A DNA stretch of 64,000 nucleotides from an uncultured delta proteobacterium (GCA_963767925.1 CAVYGB010000008.1:1536001-1600000); one strand, 5' to 3'. Positions 20,020-29,362 are shown, numbered from the stretch's first letter. Made by a program: numbers and translations. Notes: generated from the letters alone by a model not told the origin.

Positions 20020-21480
20020 ATGACGAATCACGCAGTGGTGATCGCGGGAGGTGGTCCGACCGGGCTGATGCTGGCAGGTGAGCTGGCGCTGGCGCGCGTC
20101 GACGTCGCCATCGTCGAGCGGCGCACCAACCAGCACGTCGCCGGCAACCGCGCAGGCGGTCTGCATGCACGCACCATCGAGGTGCTCGATCAACGCGGAA
20201 TCGCGGAGCGCTTCCTCTCGCAAGGGAAGGTCATGCAGGTCGCGGGCTTCGCGATGATCCCGCTCGACATCGGTGACTTTCCCACGCGCCACAACTACGG
20301 CCTCGCGCTACCGCAGGAGGGCATCGAGCGCGTCCTGGCCGCGTGGGTCGACGAGCTGGCGGTGCCGATCCATCGCGGCTGTGAGGTGACGGGCTTGGCC
20401 CAGGACGCGACCGGCGTCGACGTCGCGCTGTCCGACGGCCGTTCGTTGCGGGCGAAGTACCTCGTCGGATGCGACGGCGGTCGGAGCCTCGTCCGCAAGA
20501 AGGCCGGCATCGACTTCCCGGGATGGGATCCGTCCATCAGCTACCTGATCGCCGAGGCCGCGATGACCGAGGAGCCAGCCTTGGGGTTTCGCCCCAACGA
20601 AAGGGGGATCAATGCCCTCCGCAGACTGGAGGACGGGAAACGCGTGGGAGCCGTGTTGAACGAGGGGCCGGTCAGGCAAGGCGAAGCCCCGACCCTCGAC
20701 GACCTTCGCGAAGCGCTCACCGGCGTCTACGGGACCGACTTCGGTGTTCACGACGTCACCCTCCTGTCGAGGTTCACCGATGCCGCCCGGCAGGCGTCGT
20801 CCTACCGAGCTCGACGCGTGCTCCTGGCCGGGGACGCGGCGCACGTTCATGGCCCGACGGGGGGCCAGGGACTCAACCTCGGTGTCCAGGACGCCGTTAA
20901 CCTGGGATGGAAGCTGGCCCAGGTGGTCCACGGCACGTCACCCGAGCGCCTGCTCGACACCTACCAGGTCGAGCGGCACCCGATCGGAGCGCGCGTCCTC
21001 AAACTCGCCCTGGCGCAAACGGCGGCCATGCGCGGTGACGAACGAACCAAGGCCCTGCACGAGAACCTGTCCGGGCTGCTGAAGATGGACGAGCCTCGCA
21101 AGCGCTACGGCGCGATGATGTCTGCTCTGGACATTCACTACGACCTCGGCCCGGGCCACCCCCTGCTCGGGCGCCGCATGCCCGATCTCGAGATGGCCAC
21201 CCCCGACGGTCCACGTCGGGTGTTCACCCTGCTGCACGGTGCCCGGCCGGTCCTGCTCGACCTCGGTGAGTGCGGCGCCCTCGACATCGCGGGCTGGGTG
21301 GATCGGGTGCAGCGGGCCGAAGCTCGCTACGCGGGCGGGTGGGAGCTCCCGGTGCTCGGCGCGGTCGCGGCTCCCCCGGCCGTCTTGATCCGACCCGACG
21401 GACACGTCGCCTGGGTCGGCGACGGCACGGATCAGGGCCTTCGTGAAGCCTTGACCGCCTGGTTCGGCCCCCCAGTCTGA
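20020..21480 (+). CDS. FAD-dependent monooxygenase (rifampicin monooxygenase Rox/PheA-like family)
   Basis: 'GGGPTGL', 'GCDGGRS', 'LAGDAAHVH...GGQGLNLGVQDA', C-terminal 'LIRPDGHVAW'. Confidence 0.9.
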   Translation: MTNHAVVIAGGGPTGLMLAGELALARVDVAIVERRTNQHVAGNRAGGLHARTIEVLDQRGIAERFLSQGKVMQVAGFAMIPLDIGDFPTRHNYGLALPQEGIERVLAAWVDELAVPIHRGCEVTGLAQDATGVDVALSDGRSLRAKYLVGCDGGRSLVRKKAGIDFPGWDPSISYLIAEAAMTEEPALGFRPNERGINALRRLEDGKRVGAVLNEGPVRQGEAPTLDDLREALTGVYGTDFGVHDVTLLSRFTDAARQASSYRARRVLLAGDAAHVHGPTGGQGLNLGVQDAVNLGWKLAQVVHGTSPERLLDTYQVERHPIGARVLKLALAQTAAMRGDERTKALHENLSGLLKMDEPRKRYGAMMSALDIHYDLGPGHPLLGRRMPDLEMATPDGPRRVFTLLHGARPVLLDLGECGALDIAGWVDRVQRAEARYAGGWELPVLGAVAAPPAVLIRPDGHVAWVGDGTDQGLREALTAWFGPPV

Positions 21481-21494
21481 GCGTGCGGATCCCA

Positions 21495-21722
21495 TACTCC
21501 CCTCAGCGTTGAGGTTCGTCGCATGGCGCGCGCGTTCGATCTGCCGGAACATGGCGTAGGCGACCCCGCTCGCGTGCAGAAGGCGACGCTCGAGCCGAAC
21601 GGAGCGACAGCGTGTGCGGCTCGCCGCCACGACAGGAACTCGCCCGCTCGCCCACAGCGAGCTGTCCAGACCCGTTCGACGCAAGGAGAATCGGACCGGC
21701 GATCGTCGATGGCCAGGATCAT
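21495..21722 (-). pseudogene. Internally deleted AraC-family regulator relic
   Basis: N-terminus 'MILAIDDRRSDSPCVERVW...GEFLS' lies directly beside HTH-region text 'RRLLHASGVAYAMFRQIERARHATNL' in another frame; middle and end missing. Confidence 0.55.
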
Positions 21723-22076
21723 GGGTGGGTCAAGGTCCGGGGCGCACGCCGACCTCCGCTGCGGAGTTCGAGCTTCTCTCCAGCGTGATGCAGAGCTGGC
21801 CGGGGGGATTGGGGACGCTGGTGAGTGGAGAGGGGCCGGGCTGGGCGTGAAACTGGGGCCACGGACGCCTCCGCAGAACCGCGGACGCACGAACCGCGAT
21901 CCGATCGGCTTTTCGGCGAGGCATATAATGCACCAGCTACTGAAAGAAGCGGCACGTGGCACGACGTACTCTTCCCGACCATCCTGACCTCGAAGAGGTC
22001 TTCAACTGATTGCGTCGCCGCTCGCGATCGGAACGTTCGGGGCCTCGAGTGGCAAATCCCTCACCGAAAGTCGCAA

Positions 22077-22451
22077 ATGGACCATATTGGATTGATCGTT
22101 TCCGACGTGGAAGGTGCCAAGACCTTTTACAGGGCTTGCCTTTCGACGCTGGGCTGGGAGTTCCGTGACTACGGTGATCGCGGCGGCGTCTTTCGCAACA
22201 GCGGAAGTCCTCCCTTCTACGTAACCCCCGGGGCCGTCGACGCATCTGGGGCCCACTTCGCGTTTCGTGCCTCGTCCCGTGAACAGGTCGAAAACTTCCA
22301 TCGGGCGGCCATCATGCAGGGCGCGACAGACAACGGCGCCCCAGGATTGCGACCGGATTATGCCCAAGGCTACTACGCGGCGTTTGTCTTGGACGCCAAC
22401 AGAAACAACCTCGAAGCGGTTTATTACGAAGCCAAGGACGGCGACGGATAG
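22077..22451 (+). CDS. VOC/glyoxalase family protein
   Basis: 'MDHIGLIVSD', 'HFAFRA', 'DNGAPGLRPDY...YYAAFVLD...NNLEAV'; visibly lower GC than flanks. Confidence 0.88.
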   Translation: MDHIGLIVSDVEGAKTFYRACLSTLGWEFRDYGDRGGVFRNSGSPPFYVTPGAVDASGAHFAFRASSREQVENFHRAAIMQGATDNGAPGLRPDYAQGYYAAFVLDANRNNLEAVYYEAKDGDG

Positions 22452-22594
22452 CGAACGTTGGCCGCGCGCGCCGTTCGATCGTCGTGACCGTGGACGGCCG
22501 GTGGCGTCGTCGTCACGCTCGAGCGATTCGCAAAGGCGAGTCACCTGGCGCGGGTCAGCCCCAGCACCTCCGCGCCTACGACCAGGGCCCGACT

Positions 22595-22622
22595 AGTTGA
22601 CATAATATCTCTTATCGGACAC
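22595..22622 (-). other. dif: dif / XerCD recombination site
   Basis: Minus strand reads GTGTCCGATAA-GAGATA-TTATGTCAACT: 11-bp XerC arm, 6-bp spacer, 11-bp XerD arm (E. coli dif is GGTGCGCATAA-TGTATA-TTATGTTAAAT); AT-rich patch in intergenic DNA. Confidence 0.85.
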
Positions 22623-22686
22623 CTCGACTGTGGCAGCTAAGTAAGGAATGTCCGCGTAAGCGTCGCGTCAGATACAAGCGGCGGGC

Positions 22687-23862
22687 ATGGAGAAGCCCCC
22701 GGAGCTGGTCACGATGAGCACGAAAGAGATCGACCGGCTGGAGGTCATTCGGCGCGTGCTGGAGCACGGTCTCAAGCGAAGGAAGGCGGCTCAGCTGCTC
22801 GGAATCACGAGCCGGCAGGTGTGGCGGCTGTGCGAGACGTACAAGAGCGAAGGCCCAGCTGGGCTGGCGTCGAAGCGCCGAGGCCGTCCCAGCAATCGCC
22901 GCCTGTGGCAGGACCTGGAGAAGCGAACCGTCGAGCTCGTCCGAGAGCTATACGGCGACTTCGGGCCGACGCTGGCCCGGGAAGGCACCAACGGGCTCGG
23001 CCAGGGCGTGACCCAGTTCGGGCGGGCCCTGTCGGAGCTCAACATCGACAGCATCTGCGCGAACACGCCTCAGGCCAAAGGCCGGGTCGAGCGGATGAAT
23101 TCAACGCTGCAAGACCGGCTGGTGAAGAAGCTGCGCCTCCAGGGCATCAGCACCATGGAGGCCGGCAACGCCTTCGCGCCCAAGTACATGGAGGACTTCA
23201 ACCGCCGATTCGCCAAGCCGCCCCGCAACCCGCACGACGCGCACCGCCCCGTCGACGAAAAGGTGCTCGAGGACGTCTTTGCCTGGCGCGAGGAGCGCCG
23301 AATGACCCGCAATCTCGTTGTCCACTTCAAGCGCGTCTCGTACCTGGTCGAGCCGACACCCGAAGCGCTGAAACTCGGGGGCCAGAAGGTGCAGGTTCGC
23401 GAGTGGCAGGACTGGAGTGTCGAGATCAGCTGCGATGGAGTCCCCCTGCCCTACGCGGCCGTTGACAAGCAGCCTCACGTCGCGCCCGGGGACATCGTCG
23501 ACAATAAGCGCCTCGGCGCCATCCTCGTGACGATCCAGGACATGCAGACGAAGCGGGACGAGGCGCGACTCGCCTCGCCGAAGGTGAAGCTTGCGGACAA
23601 GGAGCGGCTCCGGGCCAAGCGCCTCGCCATGCTCAAGGAGAAGGCCTTGAAGGCCAAGGAGCCTCGACCCGCGCATCCTCCCAAGGTGGTGCGGCCCGAG
23701 CGAATCACGCTCGCTGGCGTCGACCCCAACAGCCCAGTTCAAGCGTTCCTCGATCGGTTCGCCGTCGAGCAGGCCGAGCGCCGGCGCAAGTACAACGAGG
23801 CGGGCAACGACCGCACGCGGGCCCGTGAGTTCATGGACGCACGCAGTCGACCGACCAGCTGA
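22687..23862 (+). pseudogene. ISNCY/IS1202-family transposase with in-frame deletion of the catalytic core
   Basis: HTH N-terminus 'MSTKEIDRLEVIRRV...SKRRGRPSNRR', then 'FGPTLARE' joined straight to 'GVTQFGRAL...PQAKGRVERMNSTLQDRL'; the usual 'QIDGS...DDAT...YSD' segment is absent. Confidence 0.85.
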
Positions 23863-23902
23863 GCAGTCGGAGGCCTGGCCAACCTTCGATGAGGCCACCA
23901 AA

Positions 23903-23970
23903 TGTGATCACCACTGGTTCGACTCTCGCGGGCCGGCGTGCGCTCTGCGCGTCTCTGTCGACGACGCAAA
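23903..23970 (+). pseudogene. Degenerate fragment of an IS1202-type transposase catalytic region
   Basis: Translates as 'CDHHWFDSRGPACALRVSVDDAKT', matching the family motif H-x-W-F-E-x-R-G-P-x-C-x-L-x-V-x-V-D-D-A-T. Confidence 0.7.
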
Positions 23971-24194
23971 GACGGAGTCGGCGTTTGCGCATCTCGGTCA
24001 TCGCGAACGCCGCGATCGGAGCATCGAGGACGGAGCGATCGGACCATTGTGAATGGGGGTCTGGTTGGAGCGAAGCGACGCTGAGAAGCGGACGTCTCTA
24101 CTTTAGCCGTAACAGACATGTAATAGCCGAAAGTGTACCTTTTACCCACTGTGCCCGTCCCCCCCCCCGGCTCGGAGTGACCAGGAACGCAACC

Positions 24195-26621
24195 ATGATG
24201 AACGACCTGCGCTACGCTTTTCGCCAGCTCGTCCGCGCGCCCGGCTTCTCGGCGCTCGCGCTTCTGACCATCGCCCTCGGCATCGGCGCCTGCACGGCCA
24301 TCTTCTCGGTGGTCTCGGGCGTGCTGCTGCGGCCGCTGCCCTATCCGGAATCCGACCGCCTGGTGGTGGTCCGCGAGACCAACTTTCCCAAGTTGCCCGA
24401 GTTCTCGGTGGCGCCGGGACAGTACTTTTCCTGGGTCGCGCAGTCTCGCAGCTGGGAGAGCCTCACCGCGGTCCGCCGCGCCTCCTACAACCTGACCGGA
24501 CGGGGCGAGCCTCAGCGGCTCCTGGGTCGCCGCGTGACCGCGAACTTTCTGCGCACGTTGCGGGTGGCGCCAGCGCTGGGGCGGGATCTCTCCCCCGAGG
24601 ACGAGGTGCCGGGTCACGAGCGGGTAGCCATCGTTAGTCACGGTTTCTGGCAGCGGCAGTTCGGCGGCCGGCCCGATGTGCTGGGGCAGACCATGCAGCT
24701 GGACGGTCAGCCGTTCACGATCGTGGGGGTCATGCCCGCCTCGTTTGGCTGGGTCGGGAAGGGCGTCGTGCCGCAGCCGGGCGCCCGCGCCGACCTCTAC
24801 ACGCCCGCCGCCTACACCGCCGACGAGCGCGGGCAACACGGGGCCCACTACATCGGCGTGTTCGGCCGCCTCAAGACGGGCGTCACCCTCGATCAGGCCC
24901 GCGCCGAAATGACGGTCATCGCCGATCGTCTGGCCAAGCAGCTCCCCGACACCAACAAGGGCTGGGGGGTAAAGCTGACGCCGATGCTGGAATCGGACGT
25001 GGGCGAAGCGCGGCCGGTGCTGCTGGCGCTCCTGGGCGCGGTCGGCTTTCTGCTCCTCATCGCCTGCGCCAACGTCGCCAACCTGCTCCTGATGCGGGCC
25101 ACGGCCCGCAGCAAGGAGATCGCCGTCCGGGGCGCTCTCGGCGCCGGACGCGCCCGGATCGTGCAACAGCTGCTCACCGAGAGCGTGGTGCTGTCACTGC
25201 TGGGCGGGCTGCTCGGGCTGGCCGTGGCCAAGGGCGGGCTGGGCGCGCTGCTGGCGCTCGCGTCGGAGACCCTGCCGCGCGCCGGTGAGGTCTCGGTCGA
25301 CCTGAGCGCGCTCGGTTTTTCAGTCGGGCTCGCTCTGATCACCGGCGTCATCTTCGGGCTGGTGCCCGCCGTCCAGATCACCCGCCTGGACCTGCAGCAG
25401 ACCCTGAAGCAGGGCGGGCGCGGTTCCACCGAGGGCGTCGCCCGGCACCGCCTGCACGGCGCACTGGTGGTCGCGGAGCTAGCCATCGCCCTGGTGCTGC
25501 TGGTCGGTGCCGGCCTGCTGATGCGCAGCTTCGTGCACCTGCAGCGGGTCGACGTTGGCTTCCGTCCGGAGAACGCCTTCGCCGTCGCCCTGCAATTGTC
25601 CGAGAAGAAATACGAGACCCCCTCGCAGAAAGTGTCCTTCGAGCAGCAGGCCAGCCGACGCCTGGCGGCTATCCCGGGCGTGTCGGCCGTGGGCGCCGCC
25701 CACGTGGTCCCGCTTTCGGGACCGGACCACAACCTAATCTTCACGATCAAGGGCCAGCCGCCCATCGCCCCGTCGGATCTACCGAGCACCAACTATTACG
25801 CCGCCAGCGGCGGCTACTTCCAGGCGATGGGCATCGGTCTCGTGCGCGGGCGCTTCTTTGCTGGCACCGACACCGCCGCTTCGGAGCCGGTGGCCATCAT
25901 CAACGAATCGATGTCCCGCAAGCATTTCCCGGGTGAAGATCCGATCGGCAGGTTCATCAATGTCACGGGCGATTCCGACAAGTGGCTGCGGATCGTCGGC
26001 GTCGTCCGGGACGTGCGCCAGTACGACCTGCACAGTGACGTCACTGAGCAGACGTACGAACCGCTGGCTCAGAACCCATTCGAGCTCCTGACGTTCATCG
26101 TGCGCACCTCCGGCGGCAGCGCCGGCCTGCCCGCCGCCATCCGCCGCGCCATGTACGACGTGGACCGCGACCAGCCGATCGCCACCATCCGTCCGCTGCA
26201 GGAACTGGTGGACGGAGCGATGGCCCGCCAGCGCTTCGCCACGTCGCTGTTCTCGGTCTTCTCGGCCACGGCGCTGCTACTCGCCGCCATCGGCATCTAC
26301 GGGGTGATGGCCTATTCCGTGCGCCTGCGGACCGGCGAGATCGGGGTACGCATCGCCCTCGGCGCCGGCAGCGGCGACGTCCTGGGCCTGGTCTTTCGCC
26401 AGGGCGGCCGCCTGCTGGCGCTTGGGCTGGCCGCGGGGATCGCGGGTGCGCTGGTGCTGACCCGCGTCCTCTCGACCCTCTTCTTCGGCGTCAGCGCCCA
26501 CGACCCGCTCACCTTCGCCGCCATCGCCGCGCTCCTCACCGTCACCGCCGCCCTGGCCTGCCTCTTCCCCGCCCGCCGGGCGATCGCCATCGATCCCATG
26601 ACCGCCTTGCGGTCGGAGTGA
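24195..26621 (+). CDS. ADOP-type duplicated ABC permease (MacB/FtsX family)
   Basis: 'DLRYAFRQL..PGF', 'LLIACANVANLLL', 'EIAVRGALGA', 'GIYGVMAYSV', C-terminal 'DPMTALRSE'. Confidence 0.92.
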   Translation: MMNDLRYAFRQLVRAPGFSALALLTIALGIGACTAIFSVVSGVLLRPLPYPESDRLVVVRETNFPKLPEFSVAPGQYFSWVAQSRSWESLTAVRRASYNLTGRGEPQRLLGRRVTANFLRTLRVAPALGRDLSPEDEVPGHERVAIVSHGFWQRQFGGRPDVLGQTMQLDGQPFTIVGVMPASFGWVGKGVVPQPGARADLYTPAAYTADERGQHGAHYIGVFGRLKTGVTLDQARAEMTVIADRLAKQLPDTNKGWGVKLTPMLESDVGEARPVLLALLGAVGFLLLIACANVANLLLMRATARSKEIAVRGALGAGRARIVQQLLTESVVLSLLGGLLGLAVAKGGLGALLALASETLPRAGEVSVDLSALGFSVGLALITGVIFGLVPAVQITRLDLQQTLKQGGRGSTEGVARHRLHGALVVAELAIALVLLVGAGLLMRSFVHLQRVDVGFRPENAFAVALQLSEKKYETPSQKVSFEQQASRRLAAIPGVSAVGAAHVVPLSGPDHNLIFTIKGQPPIAPSDLPSTNYYAASGGYFQAMGIGLVRGRFFAGTDTAASEPVAIINESMSRKHFPGEDPIGRFINVTGDSDKWLRIVGVVRDVRQYDLHSDVTEQTYEPLAQNPFELLTFIVRTSGGSAGLPAAIRRAMYDVDRDQPIATIRPLQELVDGAMARQRFATSLFSVFSATALLLAAIGIYGVMAYSVRLRTGEIGVRIALGAGSGDVLGLVFRQGGRLLALGLAAGIAGALVLTRVLSTLFFGVSAHDPLTFAAIAALLTVTAALACLFPARRAIAIDPMTALRSE

Positions 26622-26699
26622 GGACGGTCATGGCGGGCGGGCGCCTCGCTCGGGACCACTATGATCGTCCCCGCCGTCGTAGGAGGCCGGAGCCGACCC

Positions 26700-26900
26700 C
26701 ATGAACCGGCCAAGCGCCGCGGCCGGCCTCCCAAGGATGCCTCCCGAGTCGTTCTCGCCGGCGTGGACCCTCGCGGCCCCGTCCAAGCGTTCCTCGATCG
26801 CTTCGCCGTCGAACAGGCAGAGCGTCGAAGGAAACAAAACACCAAGAGCAACGATCGGAAGCTTGAGCGGGAGTTTGCTGCTGCCAAAGCCCGCGGCTCA
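26700..26900 (+). pseudogene. Second, diverged copy of the transposase C-terminal tail
   Basis: 'RVVLAGVDPRGPVQAFLDRFAVEQAERRRK' versus 'RITLAGVDPNSPVQAFLDRFAVEQAERRRK' at about 23700-23790. Confidence 0.8.
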
Positions 26901-27018
26901 GAACGGCACCCCCTCGGTGCGGCGCTGCTGACCCACAAGGACGCGTCGCATCCATGACCGGGGCATGACGACGATTTTCTGGAACCCGCGGGCGGGGTGC
27001 TGCGTGAAAGAGGCGAAA

Positions 27019-27621
27019 ATGGTGACGCTCCAGCCCACGGCCGACGCGCCCGGCGCGTCCGGTGAGCTCGACGAGATCACCCTCGCGCGCGCGCAGAAGG
27101 GGGAGCGGGTGGCGTGGGCCGCGCTGGTCGCGCACCACCAGGGCGCGGTCTTTGCGCTGATCTCTCGCATCCTCGGCCGCCGCCGCGGCAGCGCGGCCCA
27201 TCAGGACCTGGCGCAAGAGACGTTCCTGCGCGTATTCCGCGCCCTGCCCACCTTCGAGCGCAGGGGGCCGGCCCGGCTGTCGACCTGGATCCTGACCATC
27301 GCGACGCGGCTGGCCATCTCCGAGCTGCGGCGCCGACCGGTGGAGTACCTGCTGCCCGTCGACGTCGCCGATCCGGCGGCGCCGGACGACGGCGGCGCCG
27401 CGCGGCGCGGGCTGGCGCGGGCGCTGGAGAAAGCGATGGGCGAGCTGGCCGCGCCCTACCGCGCAGCCTTCGTGCTGCGCGAGCTGCACGATCTGTCACA
27501 CGAGGAGATCGCGAGGGCGCTGGACATTCCGGTAGGCACGGTCAAGTCGCGCCTGTCGCGCGCGCGGCAGGAGCTGGCGTCGGCGCTGCGCGATCTCGAG
27601 GGAGGCGGCAAGCATGGCTGA
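27019..27621 (+). CDS. ECF RNA polymerase sigma factor
   Basis: 'DLAQETFLRVFRAL', 'LSTWILTIA', 'LSHEEIA...GTVKSRLSRAR'. Confidence 0.92.
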   Translation: MVTLQPTADAPGASGELDEITLARAQKGERVAWAALVAHHQGAVFALISRILGRRRGSAAHQDLAQETFLRVFRALPTFERRGPARLSTWILTIATRLAISELRRRPVEYLLPVDVADPAAPDDGGAARRGLARALEKAMGELAAPYRAAFVLRELHDLSHEEIARALDIPVGTVKSRLSRARQELASALRDLEGGGKHG

Positions 27622-28999
27622 TAAGCCGACGGACGACGGTCTCGACCCCCGCTACCGCGAGGTGTGGAGGCCGGCGGCACCGCCGACGGGCTTCGTCGAT
27701 CGCGTGCTCGCGCTGACGGACGCCGAGGGGAGCGTGGCGGCGCGCAAGCGGCGATCGCTGTTCGGGCGCGGCGCCATCGCGATGGCGGTGCTGGCGGCGG
27801 CCGCCGCTCTGGTCATCGGCTATCGGCCGCGCGCGCGCGAGGGGGAGCATTTGGCGACGACCGCCCGCCTCTCGGTCCCGATCACCGAGCAAGCGGCGGC
27901 CGTGCTCGAGCCGCGCGCGCACCTGCGCTGGCGGTCGGCCGACGGTCGCGTGACCGTCGAGCAGGACGCCGGCGAGGTCTTTTATCGCGTCGACCGCGGC
28001 GTGGCCTTCGAGGTGAAGACGGCGGCGGGGTCGGTGCTGGTGAAGGGAACCTGTTTCAAAGTGGAGGTGAACGCGATGAGCCCGATTACTCACACTCTCA
28101 TCGGCGTCGTGTCGGGCATCGCGATCACCGCGTTGGCGGTGACGGTGTATGAAGGGATGGTCGAGGTGCACAACGAGCGCGGCGAGACCCGCCTCGGCCC
28201 GGGCGACCGCGGCGTGGCCGAGCCGGGCCAGGCCCCGACCGTGGCCCGGCCTGCGGGCGCCGCGCGGGCGAGCAACGTCCTCCGCCTGAGCGACGCGACT
28301 CTGGCGGCGCTCGGCGCGGACACGCGCGCCACCATCGCGGCCCTCGAGCAGAAGGCGGCGGCCCTCTCGTCCGAGCTGGCGGAGGCGCGGCGCCTGGTGC
28401 TGGAGGGGCCGCCCGACGAGGACGGCATCCCCAAGAAGAAGATTCACGACTTCACGCCCGAGGAGCTGGCCGTTCTCGCCCGTCGCTGCGAGATCCGCTA
28501 CGACGTGCCCAAGTTCCTCAGCAACGGCCGGATCGAGCTCAGAGGCCTTGGCGAGGCCAGCAACGGCATCAGCGAGGCGCAGGTGGCGCAGCTCAATCAG
28601 CACCTGCGGGAGTTCGCGCCCGACAACCTGGACCGCCTGCGCGCACTCTACCGGGAAGGGACAGGCGATCACGTCGGCGCCGCGACGCTGGCTCCGAAGG
28701 TCATGACGCAGGCCCTCTTCAAGCGCTACCCGCACGAGCTCGACCGCGCCCAGCAGCGTCTGTCGCTGGAGCGCGCTGGGCAGCCGGCGCCGCCGCCTGA
28801 TCCCGGCGGACCGAGCGTGGTCGAACGGCTGCTGCGATTGATCTTCGCCGCCGGCGACGAGTTGGAGCGACGGGGCGCGCAGGTGCTCGGCGCCGAGCGC
28901 ACCCACGAGCTGCGCCGCACGGGCGCAGGCTACGAGCCCGGCCTCATCCAGTATGGCTGCCCGAATGGTTCGACCTCGCGAATACTCGGCGCAGAGTAG
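27614..28999 (+). CDS. FecR-domain anti-sigma factor
   Basis: Overlaps the sigma gene stop; TM helix; 'GEVFYRV..FEVKT..GSVLVKGTCFKVEV', 'VTVYEGMVEV'. Confidence 0.8.
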   Translation: MADKPTDDGLDPRYREVWRPAAPPTGFVDRVLALTDAEGSVAARKRRSLFGRGAIAMAVLAAAAALVIGYRPRAREGEHLATTARLSVPITEQAAAVLEPRAHLRWRSADGRVTVEQDAGEVFYRVDRGVAFEVKTAAGSVLVKGTCFKVEVNAMSPITHTLIGVVSGIAITALAVTVYEGMVEVHNERGETRLGPGDRGVAEPGQAPTVARPAGAARASNVLRLSDATLAALGADTRATIAALEQKAAALSSELAEARRLVLEGPPDEDGIPKKKIHDFTPEELAVLARRCEIRYDVPKFLSNGRIELRGLGEASNGISEAQVAQLNQHLREFAPDNLDRLRALYREGTGDHVGAATLAPKVMTQALFKRYPHELDRAQQRLSLERAGQPAPPPDPGGPSVVERLLRLIFAAGDELERRGAQVLGAERTHELRRTGAGYEPGLIQYGCPNGSTSRILGAE

Positions 29000-29236
29000 A
29001 CGACGAGCGATCCTCCTGCCGCGCGGCAGCCGGCCCGGCGATGGTAGTACCAGGCGCAGCGCCACGCCATGGCCGCGAGCAGCAGCAGCCAGAGGACGTA
29101 GATGCCGAGGAGGCCGGTCTTGTGGCGCACGATCGCGGCGGCGAGGCCGAGGGCGTAGAAGGGACGAGGTGGAACAAGAAGGGGACGCGGCCGAAGATCG
29201 GAGCGTGGGCGAACACACTAGCCAGTCTCCCAACCG

Positions 29237-29284
29237 GACATTTCAACTTTGCTCAGAAGCAGACATTTCAACTTTGCCGTGACA
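29237..29284 (+). mobile_element. IS1202-type right end (two 16-bp GACATTTCAACTTTGC repeats, terminal ACA)
   Basis: Exact repeats at 29237-29252 and 29262-29277; reverse complement TGTCACGGCAAAGTTGAAATGTCTGC resembles the left end at 22629. Confidence 0.8.
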
Positions 29285-29362
29285 GTCACGGAGGCTCGCC
29301 TGCCTCGCCTTCACTTCGTCCCGTCCAGCGCCACGGTCCCCGGGGGGCGCCCCTGCCTGGCT

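Larger units (their letters stand above)
22629..24114 (+). mobile_element. IS1202/ISNCY-family insertion sequence (defective), copy 1
   Basis: Left end TGTGGCAGCTAAGTAAGGAATGTCCGC at 22629; right end reverse complement TGTTACGGCTAAAGTAGAGACGTCCGC ending at 24114 (18/27 identical by hand count); encloses the transposase. Confidence 0.75.

Noticed and set aside
21900..22600. Integron cassette around the VOC gene
   Set aside because: No convincing attC (RYYYAAC...GTTRRRY) pair and no integrase; the AT-rich motif is better explained as dif
24160..24168. Poly-C tract upstream of the ADOP gene as a phase-variation switch
   Set aside because: Homopolymer length is unreliable in this assembly and no promoter context is evident
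28930..29246. Small minus-strand membrane ORF near the IS right end
   Set aside because: Short, frame-broken and without a recognisable family; possibly a relic but not supportable
29237..29277. Direct repeats as a mini-CRISPR or iteron array
   Set aside because: Only two 16-bp copies with a 9-bp gap and no cas or rep gene; they fit IS-end transposase binding sites
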